Positions 23,982-31,283 of a stretch of 34,938 bases of DNA are shown one piece after another. The stretch's first letter is position 1. Every line of letters begins with the position of its first letter. The translations under genes and the position numbers were made by a program. The stretch is from the NCBI GenBank assembly GCA_030528815.1, contig JAUMYE010000001.1, positions 1 to 34,938 on the forward strand, given 5' to 3'. The notes beneath the pieces are model-generated. The model searched no databases, was not told where the DNA came from, and saw only the letters and a list, made by a program, of their open reading frames with translations. The stretch is from Candidatus Saccharimonadota bacterium (GTDB lineage Bacteria > Patescibacteriota > Saccharimonadia > Saccharimonadales > Saccharimonadaceae).

Positions 23982-24677
23982 ATGGGTGGCGTCAAAAGAA
24001 GCAAGGTGAAACAACTCCTTGCTAAGATGTTCCGTTTGAGCAATTGGAAATTAGCAATAATTGCCATTTTGCTTTGTTTTTGGTCGGCCACTCTTCTACG
24101 CCTCGATCATATTAAGATGTCGCAACTTCGAAACGCGGTTCTAGCTGCTGATGAATCTGGTGACGAGGCAGAAATCGCCCGTACTCTGAACGAGCTTAAA
24201 GGCTTTACTAGAAAGCATATTGTTGTAAATATCGTTTCGAAGAATGGCCAAGATAAGCTAGTTTTTGGTACTGGTCCAATTTATCTTGAGCAACAGTATC
24301 TTCGTGCTGCGAATAAGGCAATTGCTGCGGCGAAGGAACAAATCAACCAGGGTTCGACCGAGAATCCAAACGGTAATGTCTATGCCAAGGTTGAGGCGAC
24401 CTGTAATGCGCTTGGTTATGCCTACGGTTATAGTACTTATGCAGAATGTTGGATGCGCGAACTTGAAAAATATCCAACTCTAGAAACTCTCGGAACAGAA
24501 GACGAGGCAAAGATTCCGCCAACGGAACTATATCGCTATGACTTTGCTTCTCCGTTGTGGTATCCGTGCTTATCTGGCTTTGTTATCTTAATCGCACTGC
24601 TTCTATTTGTAATTGTTTTGATTCGCGCCATCATTTGGATAGTGCTTAGAATTGCAATTGCCGTTTCGCACGGATAA
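23982..24677 (+). CDS. Hypothetical membrane protein (N-terminal TM, extracytoplasmic domain, C-terminal TM pair)
   Basis: It has the TM LAIIAILLCFWSATLL and a long C-terminal hydrophobic stretch, CLSGFVILIALLLFVIVLIRAIIWIVLRIAIAV. I recognise no family. Confidence 0.65.
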   Translation: MGGVKRSKVKQLLAKMFRLSNWKLAIIAILLCFWSATLLRLDHIKMSQLRNAVLAADESGDEAEIARTLNELKGFTRKHIVVNIVSKNGQDKLVFGTGPIYLEQQYLRAANKAIAAAKEQINQGSTENPNGNVYAKVEATCNALGYAYGYSTYAECWMRELEKYPTLETLGTEDEAKIPPTELYRYDFASPLWYPCLSGFVILIALLLFVIVLIRAIIWIVLRIAIAVSHG

Positions 24678-24703
24678 AAAACAAACAAAAGCGCTTTCAC
24701 CCC

Positions 24704-24733
24704 TTGACATCACATTGCTAGGGGTCATAAGAT
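24704..24733 (+). promoter_or_regulatory. Sigma70-type promoter (TTGACA, 17-18 nt spacer, ATAAGA/TAAGAT) for the 68-aa gene
   Basis: A consensus -35 at 24704-24709. The transcript has a GGAGGA Shine-Dalgarno 8 nt before the ATG at 24765. Confidence 0.5.
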
Positions 24734-24764
24734 AGAGTTACAAACTAATGGAGGAAAGCTAATA

Positions 24765-24971
24765 ATGGCTTACAAACATACTAATTCTAAGGGCGTAACC
24801 TACTATCTTCACAAGTCTGAAGTTACTCTACGCGGTGGCAAGCCACAGACTATCTATTTCTTCACTAAGGTTGAGAAGAACGAAAAGGGCACTCCATGTG
24901 ACCTCCCAGAAGATCGTGTTGTCAACGAAAACCCACGCAACGGTTTCTTGACAGTTTCCCGCAAGAAATAA
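24765..24971 (+). CDS. Small basic hypothetical protein (68 aa)
   Basis: It has its own promoter, a strong Shine-Dalgarno and its own terminator. The N-terminus MAYKHTNSKGVTYYLHK... resembles a widespread small uncharacterised family, from memory only. Confidence 0.6.
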   Translation: MAYKHTNSKGVTYYLHKSEVTLRGGKPQTIYFFTKVEKNEKGTPCDLPEDRVVNENPRNGFLTVSRKK

Positions 24972-24994
24972 TTGTAACCATAGTTTTGTATAAG

Positions 24995-25022
24995 AATCCC
25001 CTAGTTTTACTGGGGGATTTTT
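24995..25022 (+). terminator. Rho-independent terminator
   Basis: AATCCCC / GGGGATT stem followed by a T-run. Confidence 0.7.
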
Positions 25023-25031
25023 GTAGGCAAG

Positions 25032-25058
25032 AAAAAATCCCCCGGAAGTTCCGAGGGA
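25032..25058 (-). terminator. Rho-independent terminator for minus-strand gene 25067-25615
   Basis: The minus strand reads CCCTCGG-AACTT-CCGGGGG (one mismatch) followed by TTTTTT. Confidence 0.65.
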
Positions 25059-25066
25059 GGACTCCA

Positions 25067-25615
25067 TTAGAGGAAAGAATCCACAGTCAGACCAAAGAGG
25101 TCGGCGTTGATATATCTCGTAGGCATCGCATCATTGCCGAAGCCGATTGCGATGATTGGGAAGTTAGCGGTCGAAGGCGGCTCTAAGAAGAACTGAGGGG
25201 CAGCCGAACGAGAGACTAACTTGTTGGCGCCGCGCAGCTTTTGGGCCTTGGCACTATCGTTTACAACAAAGAAGGCGTCATTGTAAAAGCGCTCAATGAA
25301 CTGGAAGATTGCGAAATCTTCAGGTCGAGCATCTTTGGTGTCGCTTTTCTTGTCTGCAAAGATTGTTGGCGTTACGACCTTTCGGCTGTTAGTGCTACCA
25401 ACGACGATTGTGGTGTCTGCTTTGATACCGGCAAGATATAACTCGGCATCGTTATGCATGCAATACTTTGCTGCGAGTTCTCTATCTTCCTGAGTAAGCG
25501 TAGACCAAGAATCGGCATTACTAACAATAACGTCGAAGCTGCGGCTGAAGGCGTAGTAGAGCAGGCTAGAGACCTGCGTTACGGGATTGTTGGTACCAAT
25601 GATAAGAATGCTCAT
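25067..25615 (-). CDS. Hypothetical protein (182 aa, alpha/beta-looking), divergent from LexA-like regulator
   Basis: I set the start at Met36 of the tracked ORF because AAGGAGGA lies 8 nt upstream of that ATG. The N-terminus MSILIIGTNNPV looks like a beta1 strand of a Rossmann/flavodoxin-like fold. I recognise no motif. Confidence 0.65.
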   Translation of the reverse strand: MSILIIGTNNPVTQVSSLLYYAFSRSFDVIVSNADSWSTLTQEDRELAAKYCMHNDAELYLAGIKADTTIVVGSTNSRKVVTPTIFADKKSDTKDARPEDFAIFQFIERFYNDAFFVVNDSAKAQKLRGANKLVSRSAAPQFFLEPPSTANFPIIAIGFGNDAMPTRYINADLFGLTVDSFL

Positions 25616-25691
25616 TGTTGTATTCCTCCTTTGTACAGAAAGCTCTCTAATGAAGAACGAAAACATTAAAGAGCGATCAAAGATGAAACAT

Positions 25692-25720
25692 AGTATACGA
25701 GCAAAGTAGGTTATCGTCAA
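25692..25720 (-). promoter_or_regulatory. Sigma70-type promoter (TTGACG-17 nt-TATACT) for gene 25067-25615
   Basis: On the minus strand the -35 is at 25720-25715 and the -10 at 25697-25692 with a 17-nt spacer. It lies back to back with the regulator's promoter. Confidence 0.55.
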
Positions 25721-25736
25721 GCATAAGCGTAAGGGG

Positions 25737-25745
25737 TGATATAAT
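25737..25745 (+). promoter_or_regulatory. Extended -10 box (TGaTATAAT) for LexA-like gene, leaderless
   Basis: Only 6 nt lie between the box and the ATG at 25752. Confidence 0.5.
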
Positions 25746-25751
25746 CAGAAT

Positions 25752-26135
25752 ATGGCAGCACCGACTAAGAAACAGCAGATCATGTTAGATTTTATTGAGA
25801 AGTTCTCGGACGAGAATAATTTCTCGCCGTCTTATCGAGAAATCGCATCTGCTTTGGATTTAAACTCGGTCGCCTCTGTTGCTCAACATATTGACAACTG
25901 TGTTGCTGCTGGCTTCTTGATAAAAGTGCCTCGCGCCGCTCGCTCGCTGAGAGTGATAAGAGGGGAGCAGTACCAAGAGACGCAGAGATTGTTTAAGCAG
26001 CATATCAATGCTATCGAGGAGCGCCTAGATCTTGCCAAGAATGGCGAAGATGATGGCGAGACGGACATGGAGACTCTCGGGGACGATTTAATGACCCTCA
26101 GGGCTGCCGCAAAAATACTTAAGCTCGAAATATAA
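25752..26135 (+). CDS. LexA-type winged-helix DNA-binding-domain protein lacking the S24 peptidase domain
   Basis: The N-terminal ~70 aa (TKKQQIMLDFIEKF..NNFSPSYREIASALDLNSVASVAQHIDNCVAAGFLIKVPRAARSLRVI) follow the LexA N-terminal pattern. The remaining ~55 aa are a charged helical tail with no Ser/Lys autoprotease motifs. Confidence 0.7.
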   Translation: MAAPTKKQQIMLDFIEKFSDENNFSPSYREIASALDLNSVASVAQHIDNCVAAGFLIKVPRAARSLRVIRGEQYQETQRLFKQHINAIEERLDLAKNGEDDGETDMETLGDDLMTLRAAAKILKLEI

Positions 26136-26147
26136 GCGTTTTTATAT

Positions 26148-26153
26148 TATAAT
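26148..26153 (+). promoter_or_regulatory. -10 box (TATAAT) for sugar-transferase/CDF operon
   Basis: It lies 9 nt upstream of the ATG at 26163 with no Shine-Dalgarno. Confidence 0.4.
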
Positions 26154-26162
26154 AAGCATCAA

Positions 26163-27590
26163 ATGAAAAAAGAACCTGGCTTTATCTATCGGGTATTTCT
26201 AGTTGTGGGCGACGCATTGGCAATTGTGGCGTCCTTTACTTTTGCTTACTATTTTCGTATTCATTTTGATCCTCGCCCTTATGTCTTTGAAGGCGATACG
26301 ATGGACTTCCTTTTCTCTAATTTCGTTCTTTTGCCAATCTGGCTCGTAATTCTATCTAGTCTTGGTCTCTATAGGAGAAAGGTTCTCGATCACCGTGCTC
26401 GCGAAACGGGAAGGCTTTTTCTTGCTTCTGTTCTTGGTACGATGTCGATTATTTCTTATGACTTTTTTGCTACCGCTATCTCTCCACACGATAGCCTCTT
26501 CCCGGTCAAGATTATCGCTCTCTATGCAATCGTAGTTTGCTTTATTGCGCTAGTTTTGGAACGCGCTCTTATTCGCGGAATATTCCTTCTAACCAGGAAG
26601 CATAGCAAGGGCCTAATTCGCACGGTTGTTGCTGGTGACGGCGAGAACGTCCGTCAGCTTCTTGTTGGTACTCCGCCAGATTCTGGCTTTAAGATTTGTG
26701 GCGTAGTTGCAGATTCTAAATATATTCCAACCGAGTGGAATCGTCGTCGCTATCCTAGCCTAAGCGAAGCAATTAAACGTCTTCGCCCAGATGCTGTTAT
26801 TTATGCTGCTGAGGATGGTCTAGAAGAAGCAAATAAGCTAGCGATTGATGCTCATGCCTTGTTCTACTATTCTCCGCCAGAGAACTCAGTGATTGCCCTG
26901 TCAAAGGATACAGAGTTTATTTCTGCGGTTCCAGTAATTCGCGTTCGCGTAACTCCATTAACGGGCGCCGCAAGAGTATTTAAGCGCGCCGTCGATATCG
27001 TCTCGAGTTTGCTTTTGATTATTCTTTCTTCGCCAATTTTGCTTGTCGTCTATATTATTCAGAAGTGTATCGATTTTAAGGCTCCAGCAATCTACAAAGA
27101 CACTCGTTTGACTCGCTTTAATAAGGAATTTCCGCTTTTGAAGTTCCGCTCGATTCGTCAGGAATATAGCGGCTTAACTCCAGAGCAGGCCTTCGAAAAG
27201 ATGGGCAAACCAGAGCTTGCAAAGAAATATCGTGAACATGGTGATTATATTAAGAATGACCCACGCTATACGAAGTTTGGTAAGTTCTTACGCGCCAGCT
27301 CAATTGACGAATTGCCTCAGCTATTCAACGTGTTGATTGGTCAAATCTCTCTTATTGGCCCACGTGCACTTCAGCCATGCGAACTTAAAGATTATGGTGA
27401 TAGAGGTCTGCTCTTGTCTGTTAAATCTGGCCTAACTGGCCTTGCGCAGGTTTCTGGCCGTCGCGACATCTCGTTCAACGAGCGCCGTGCGCTAGATATC
27501 TACTACATTCAAAACTGGACACCAATGATGGATGTCTCTATCTTCTTCCGTACTGTTGCGGGCGTATTTAAACGATCTGGGGCAAAATAA
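26163..27590 (+). CDS. Polyprenyl-phosphate hexose-1-phosphate transferase (WbaP/EpsL-type bacterial sugar transferase, long form)
   Basis: Four or five N-terminal TM helices, a central Rossmann-like segment, and the C-terminal FKRAVDIVSSLLLIILSSPILLVV...KFRSI...DELPQLFNVLIGQISLIGPRAL signature of the Bac_transf family. Confidence 0.9.
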   Translation: MKKEPGFIYRVFLVVGDALAIVASFTFAYYFRIHFDPRPYVFEGDTMDFLFSNFVLLPIWLVILSSLGLYRRKVLDHRARETGRLFLASVLGTMSIISYDFFATAISPHDSLFPVKIIALYAIVVCFIALVLERALIRGIFLLTRKHSKGLIRTVVAGDGENVRQLLVGTPPDSGFKICGVVADSKYIPTEWNRRRYPSLSEAIKRLRPDAVIYAAEDGLEEANKLAIDAHALFYYSPPENSVIALSKDTEFISAVPVIRVRVTPLTGAARVFKRAVDIVSSLLLIILSSPILLVVYIIQKCIDFKAPAIYKDTRLTRFNKEFPLLKFRSIRQEYSGLTPEQAFEKMGKPELAKKYREHGDYIKNDPRYTKFGKFLRASSIDELPQLFNVLIGQISLIGPRALQPCELKDYGDRGLLLSVKSGLTGLAQVSGRRDISFNERRALDIYYIQNWTPMMDVSIFFRTVAGVFKRSGAK

Positions 27591-27597
27591 TTAAACT

Positions 27598-28719
27598 ATG
27601 ACAGTTGAAAAAGAAAAACGCCATAAGATAATTGTAAAAACTGGCGTTGTAGGTTTGTTGACTAACCTTATTCTCGCGGCGGCGAAGGCTTTCGTGGGTA
27701 TTATGTCGCACTCTATTGCGATTGTTGTTGATGCTGCAAATAGCTTGAGTGACTGTCTTAGCTCGATTGCTACAATTATTGTTTCTCATCTTGCAAACAA
27801 AGCGCCAGACAAAAAGCATCCACTAGGCCATGGTCGTAGTGAATATATGGGCACGCTTATTGTTGGTGCAATCATTGGCTATATTGGCCTTACTGCGGGC
27901 TTTGAGGCGATTAAAAAGATCTTTAATCCTAGCGAGCTAGATTATACTCCTGCCACGACTATCGTGGTCTCAATCGCTGTCGTAACTAAAGTAATTCTTA
28001 GCGCCTATACGCTTGCGATGGGCAAAAAGGCGGATTCGGATACTTTGCGAGCTACCGCAAAAGATGCTTTCTTTGATGCTCTTATTTCTTCCTCGATGCT
28101 TATTGCGATTGCTACTTATACTTTCGCACATATCAATATCGAGCCTTATCTTGCTATCGTAATTTGTATCTTTATTCTTCGCTCGAGCCTAGAGATTCTT
28201 CGTGGTGCAGCTAGTATTTTGCTTGGCGAAAGGACCGATAAGGCTCTTGGCCGCCGAATTCGCAATACGATTAGCAAGATCGAGGGCGTCGAGGGTGCTT
28301 ATGATTTGCTTCTTCATGATTATGGCCCAAGCATGACTGTAGCTTCGGTAAATATCGAGGTTGTAAGCACTATGACTGCTCCGCAGATCGATAGTCTTAC
28401 TCGCAAGATTCGTAAAACTGTCTATAAACGCTATCAGATTGCGCTAGCGGCAGTGGGTGTCTATTCTATCGATACTAAGGACGAGGAAACTCGCGGCCTC
28501 TATCATAAACTTCAGGATATGCTAGAAGATTATCCAGAAGTTATTGAACTTCATGGTTTCCACGTAGATAAGGAAGAGAAGATTATTAGTTTTGATATTA
28601 TTATAGATTTCGCGATTAAAAAGCGCGCTGAATATTTCGAAAAAGTCAAAAAAGCCAGCAAAAATCTTTTCCCAGAATACGATCTCGAAATTACGCTCGA
28701 TTCGGATTTGCTAGATTAG
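27598..28719 (+). CDS. Cation diffusion facilitator (CDF) family metal efflux transporter
   Basis: NLILAAAKAFVGIMSHSIAIVVDAANSLSDCLSS (TM2 metal-site HxxxD-like motif), six TM helices and a C-terminal cytoplasmic domain (GVEGAYDLLLHDYGP). It starts 7 nt after the upstream stop. Confidence 0.9.
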   Translation: MTVEKEKRHKIIVKTGVVGLLTNLILAAAKAFVGIMSHSIAIVVDAANSLSDCLSSIATIIVSHLANKAPDKKHPLGHGRSEYMGTLIVGAIIGYIGLTAGFEAIKKIFNPSELDYTPATTIVVSIAVVTKVILSAYTLAMGKKADSDTLRATAKDAFFDALISSSMLIAIATYTFAHINIEPYLAIVICIFILRSSLEILRGAASILLGERTDKALGRRIRNTISKIEGVEGAYDLLLHDYGPSMTVASVNIEVVSTMTAPQIDSLTRKIRKTVYKRYQIALAAVGVYSIDTKDEETRGLYHKLQDMLEDYPEVIELHGFHVDKEEKIISFDIIIDFAIKKRAEYFEKVKKASKNLFPEYDLEITLDSDLLD

Positions 28720-29420
28720 TCACTTCGTTTGCAAGAAATAGTGTTTTCGCTCATCTCAAAGCTAAGTTTTTTGCTTGAATCGTTGAGCCTAAAATAAAGA
28801 CCAATGTCATCGTCCACAGTAGACGTGCTGCTTTTGCCTTCGCTATCTTTTGTTCTAATCTTTGAGAACTTTACGACATATACCGTATCGTTACCATCGA
28901 TGAACTTTTTGAGGAACTCGTAGTCTACATCCGTTGTAACTGTGTAGTTGTATAAGCTTGTCGTTTGAGTAAGTTTCATGCCGTCCTCTTCGAGGTCTAG
29001 ATCAAAATCGAAGGAGACACCTTCCATGGAATACTTTCCGCAATCCCACTTGCCAACAATCTCTTCGATTCCTGTTTTTGGTATTAGCGTATAGGCGATC
29101 ATATAGAGAATAAAAGAAACAGCCGTAATAGCGCCTAAAACGGCCAAAGCTTTACCAAAATTCGAACCATCGCCTGGCTTTACGATAGGGATGGTAGGTG
29201 CGGCTTGGACTGGCGGCACTGAAACAGGTTGAACCGGCGCGCTCACCGGGGCAGTAGGGGCAACAGGAGCGGCAGGAGTAGTAGCTACTGGAGCAGTTGC
29301 AGGAGTGGCTGGGCTAACCGGAGTCACCGGAGAAACAGGGGTTGTTTGCGCTGCAGAAGGGGTGCCTACTGGGGCTACATTTGGCTGCGGTGCTGCTGGA
29401 TTAAGATTAGAATTGTCCAT
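28716..29420 (-). CDS. Hypothetical single-pass membrane protein with Pro/Ala/Val/Thr-rich N-terminal region
   Basis: I set the start at Met33 of the tracked ORF (MDNSNLNPAAPQP...), because the upstream extension runs into the divergent promoter region. About 100 aa are PAVT-rich low complexity, followed by the TM ALAVLGAITAVSFILYMIAYTLI and a beta-rich C-terminal domain. Confidence 0.6.
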   Translation of the reverse strand: MDNSNLNPAAPQPNVAPVGTPSAAQTTPVSPVTPVSPATPATAPVATTPAAPVAPTAPVSAPVQPVSVPPVQAAPTIPIVKPGDGSNFGKALAVLGAITAVSFILYMIAYTLIPKTGIEEIVGKWDCGKYSMEGVSFDFDLDLEEDGMKLTQTTSLYNYTVTTDVDYEFLKKFIDGNDTVYVVKFSKIRTKDSEGKSSTSTVDDDIGLYFRLNDSSKKLSFEMSENTISCKRSD

Positions 29421-29445
29421 GTTTATATTTATAAATTCTAAGAAA

Positions 29446-29454
29446 ATTATAACA
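29446..29454 (-). promoter_or_regulatory. Extended -10 box (TGtTATAAT) for gene 28716-29420
   Basis: The reverse complement is TGTTATAAT. It gives a 25-nt AT-rich leader. Confidence 0.4.
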
Positions 29455-29491
29455 TAATAAAGATAAGCGTTATAAAAACGGATTGCATCTT

Positions 29492-29500
29492 TGCTACAAT
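29492..29500 (+). promoter_or_regulatory. Extended -10 box (TGcTACAAT), leaderless start at 29507
   Basis: It lies 6 nt upstream of the ATG at 29507. The tracked start at 29483 lies upstream of the box. Confidence 0.45.
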
Positions 29501-29506
29501 AGCTAT

Positions 29507-29749
29507 ATGGTGTCAAAGAAAAAGCTCACAGACAAAAAAGTCCAGGAAATCCGTACCGAGGAATGGGATAGGCACGACTCTACAGAATTAATCGTAGAAC
29601 GTGGAGATAACTGGCTAAATGATGAGCGTTTCCAGGATCTTGACTATTCTGACGATGATGAAACTCTCCTTTGTCGCGGCGATGATTATTGTGAACGAAG
29701 CTTGGAAGATCAAGACGAAGATAAAGATATAGAAGATTTCGTAGAGTAA
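29507..29749 (+). CDS. Small highly acidic hypothetical protein (80 aa)
   Basis: A basic N-terminus (MVSKKKLTDKK) is followed by a very D/E-rich body (DYSDDDETLL..EDQDEDKDIEDFVE). A terminator follows it. I recognise no family. Confidence 0.5.
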   Translation: MVSKKKLTDKKVQEIRTEEWDRHDSTELIVERGDNWLNDERFQDLDYSDDDETLLCRGDDYCERSLEDQDEDKDIEDFVE

Positions 29750-29775
29750 CAGGGGGTGTGTTACAGTATTTTCAA

Positions 29776-29799
29776 GCAAAGCCTTGCTTTGCGCTTTTT
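29776..29799 (+). terminator. Rho-independent terminator
   Basis: GCAAAGC-CTT-GCTTTGC stem followed by GCTTTTT. The 3-nt loop is tight, so confidence is moderate. Confidence 0.55.
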
Positions 29800-29850
29800 G
29801 TGAGTTTATTTCTCACGAACCTTAAAAGTATTTCTTAGAGGAGGTGTCTC

Positions 29851-30975
29851 ATGAGCTGGCTACCAGAAGAAGCGCGCGAAATGCTAGACGCTCTTGTGGC
29901 TTTTATGAAACGTCTCGGTCGCGACCCAACTTTCATGGAAGTAAAAGCAGAACCAAGCCTACCTGAGCCAAACAACTATGCGTACTATTTTGGTAGCTTC
30001 ACAGAGGCGGTCAAAGACGCGCATAGAAAAGCGTTTGTTTGCAAAGAGCAACCAAAAATAGCAAAGACAACATCCGCAATCCGTATTTTTACCGAAGAGG
30101 AGGAAGAATTAATGTCCAGAAGAGCTATTACTGATGAAGAATATGTTGTGAGTGCGCTGCGCCTACAAAAAGAACTTGGCCATTTTCCGAACATCAGCGA
30201 GCTTCGAAAAGATTTTCGCGCGCCAAGCCCTCAGAGTTACGAGAGACGTTTCGGCGGCGACTGGAACACGGTTAGAGCATGCATTAGAAAAAAGGCGACT
30301 GAATTGGGTATTACTGAAGATAATCTCGAAACTATTATCGAGGAACACCCCGAGCTCTTTGCGCCCAAGAAAGAAAAGGCTGTCGCAAAACCCATAGAAG
30401 AGGAAAAAAGTCAGCTTGCGCCGAGCGAAGAGGATCTGTCTGAACATGCGACTGAGACTATTTCCGAAGCAGCCCAGGCGTTAGAGCCTGCGCCGACCCC
30501 TGAGACTGCACCTGAAACAGAGCAAATTCCTGAACCGGAATCGGCACCTGAAACGAAGTCGTCCACGGTTATTCAGCCTGACGAACTTTTGGATATGTCT
30601 CTCGATTCCGAACCGTTGCTGCCTGAGGAGATTGACTTGCAGAAGATAAGGTTAATCTCGTTGCTTCCGAAGACTCGGATCGCAAACCTGAAGATTAGCG
30701 GCTATGGTCTGGCGCTCAAGATGCAGGGCTCCATTCCGCTGCCGAAATCTATTTCTGGCATCCCGATATCCAAGAAGCATACCACGCTTCAGTTTATTCA
30801 GGGTGGTCAGGTAAAAGAATTTCCTGCAATTCGCGACGACGTGTTCTATATCGTCGATCGTGGAACCGCGCTGGCGGCGCGCGAGACGGGTAGAGAGGTT
30901 TATGATTTGCTTATCCCTGAGAAATACGACAAAGATGGCGACATGATGACAATTCATGAATTCTCGATCATCTGA
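29851..30975 (+). CDS. Hypothetical protein with two N-terminal HEARO-like (homing-endonuclease-associated) repeats, Pro/Glu-rich linker and orphan C-terminal domain
   Basis: GAGGAGG Shine-Dalgarno. Repeat 1 is aa ~3-57 (..FMKRLGRDPTFMEV....NNYAYYFGSFTEAVKDA). Repeat 2 is aa ~92-146 (..LQKELGHFPNISELR...PQSYERRFGGDWNTVRACI). Both fit the LGR.PT....y.rrFGSW..A pattern. The linker is APTPETAPETEQIPEPESAPET. No nuclease motif is visible. Confidence 0.7.
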   Translation: MSWLPEEAREMLDALVAFMKRLGRDPTFMEVKAEPSLPEPNNYAYYFGSFTEAVKDAHRKAFVCKEQPKIAKTTSAIRIFTEEEEELMSRRAITDEEYVVSALRLQKELGHFPNISELRKDFRAPSPQSYERRFGGDWNTVRACIRKKATELGITEDNLETIIEEHPELFAPKKEKAVAKPIEEEKSQLAPSEEDLSEHATETISEAAQALEPAPTPETAPETEQIPEPESAPETKSSTVIQPDELLDMSLDSEPLLPEEIDLQKIRLISLLPKTRIANLKISGYGLALKMQGSIPLPKSISGIPISKKHTTLQFIQGGQVKEFPAIRDDVFYIVDRGTALAARETGREVYDLLIPEKYDKDGDMMTIHEFSII

Positions 30976-30981
30976 CAAAGA

Positions 30982-31006
30982 GCCCTGCTAATTGCGGGGC
31001 CTTTTT
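30982..31006 (+). terminator. Rho-independent terminator
   Basis: GCCCTGC-TAATT-GCGGGGC (one G-U pair) followed by CTTTTT. Confidence 0.65.
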
Positions 31007-31022
31007 CTGCAAAACAAACTTA

Positions 31023-31051
31023 TTGACATAAGCGCAAAAGTATGATATTTT
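31023..31051 (+). promoter_or_regulatory. Sigma70-type promoter (TTGACA-17 nt incl. TG-TATTTT)
   Basis: A consensus -35 at 31023-31028. TGaTATTTT at 31043-51 is an extended -10, and an ATG lies 6 nt downstream. Confidence 0.55.
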
Positions 31052-31057
31052 AATTTT

Positions 31058-31159
31058 ATGATTAAACATAGTATCAAGTTTACTACCCCTGTCGTAGAAG
31101 CCGTCCGTAACAACGGTTATCTTCCTATGCCTTGGGAAAATAAACTTGAAACTGTCTAA
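31058..31159 (+). CDS. Candidate leaderless small ORF (33 codons; MIKHSIKFTTPVVEAVRNNGYLPMPWENKLETV)
   Basis: Its ATG is placed exactly as at the other leaderless genes in this window relative to a strong promoter. It is too short for the six-frame track, and there is no homology evidence. Confidence 0.3.
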   Translation: MIKHSIKFTTPVVEAVRNNGYLPMPWENKLETV

Positions 31160-31169
31160 ATTCTTGCAA

Positions 31170-31202
31170 TTCTAGATAAGTTTCAAAAGTACTTATCTAG
31201 AA
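31170..31202 (+). promoter_or_regulatory. Perfect 12-bp stem hairpin / palindrome (TTCTAGATAAGT N9 ACTTATCTAGAA)
   Basis: TCTAGATAAGT (31171-31181) is the exact reverse complement of ACTTATCTAGA (31191-31201), and the T70-A202 pair extends the stem. It starts 11 nt after the sORF stop. Confidence 0.7.
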
Positions 31203-31240
31203 AGAATCGACAAAAATACAAAGCAAAGATTGGCGCTTTT

Positions 31241-31283
31241 GAGACTTATCTAGCCGTACAATAAAACGACGGCTAGTATTTTA
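31241..31283 (+). promoter_or_regulatory. Third copy of ACTTATCTAG overlapping a terminator-like hairpin (candidate attenuator)
   Basis: ACTTATCTAG (31244-31253) repeats 31191-31200. CTAGCCGT (31250-57) pairs with ACGGCTAG (31269-76) and is followed by TATTTTAT. GAGACTTATCTAG (31241-53) can instead pair with CTAGATAAGTTTC (31172-84) over 13 bp including one G-U. Confidence 0.45.

Noticed and set aside
25616-25751. A canonical LexA/SOS box (CTGT-N8-ACAG or GAAC-N4-GTTC) in the regulator's intergenic region
   Set aside because: Only a weak partial match is present (GAACGAAAACAT), and the short palindrome GTATAC overlaps the -10 box. Neither is convincing, so I call no operator.
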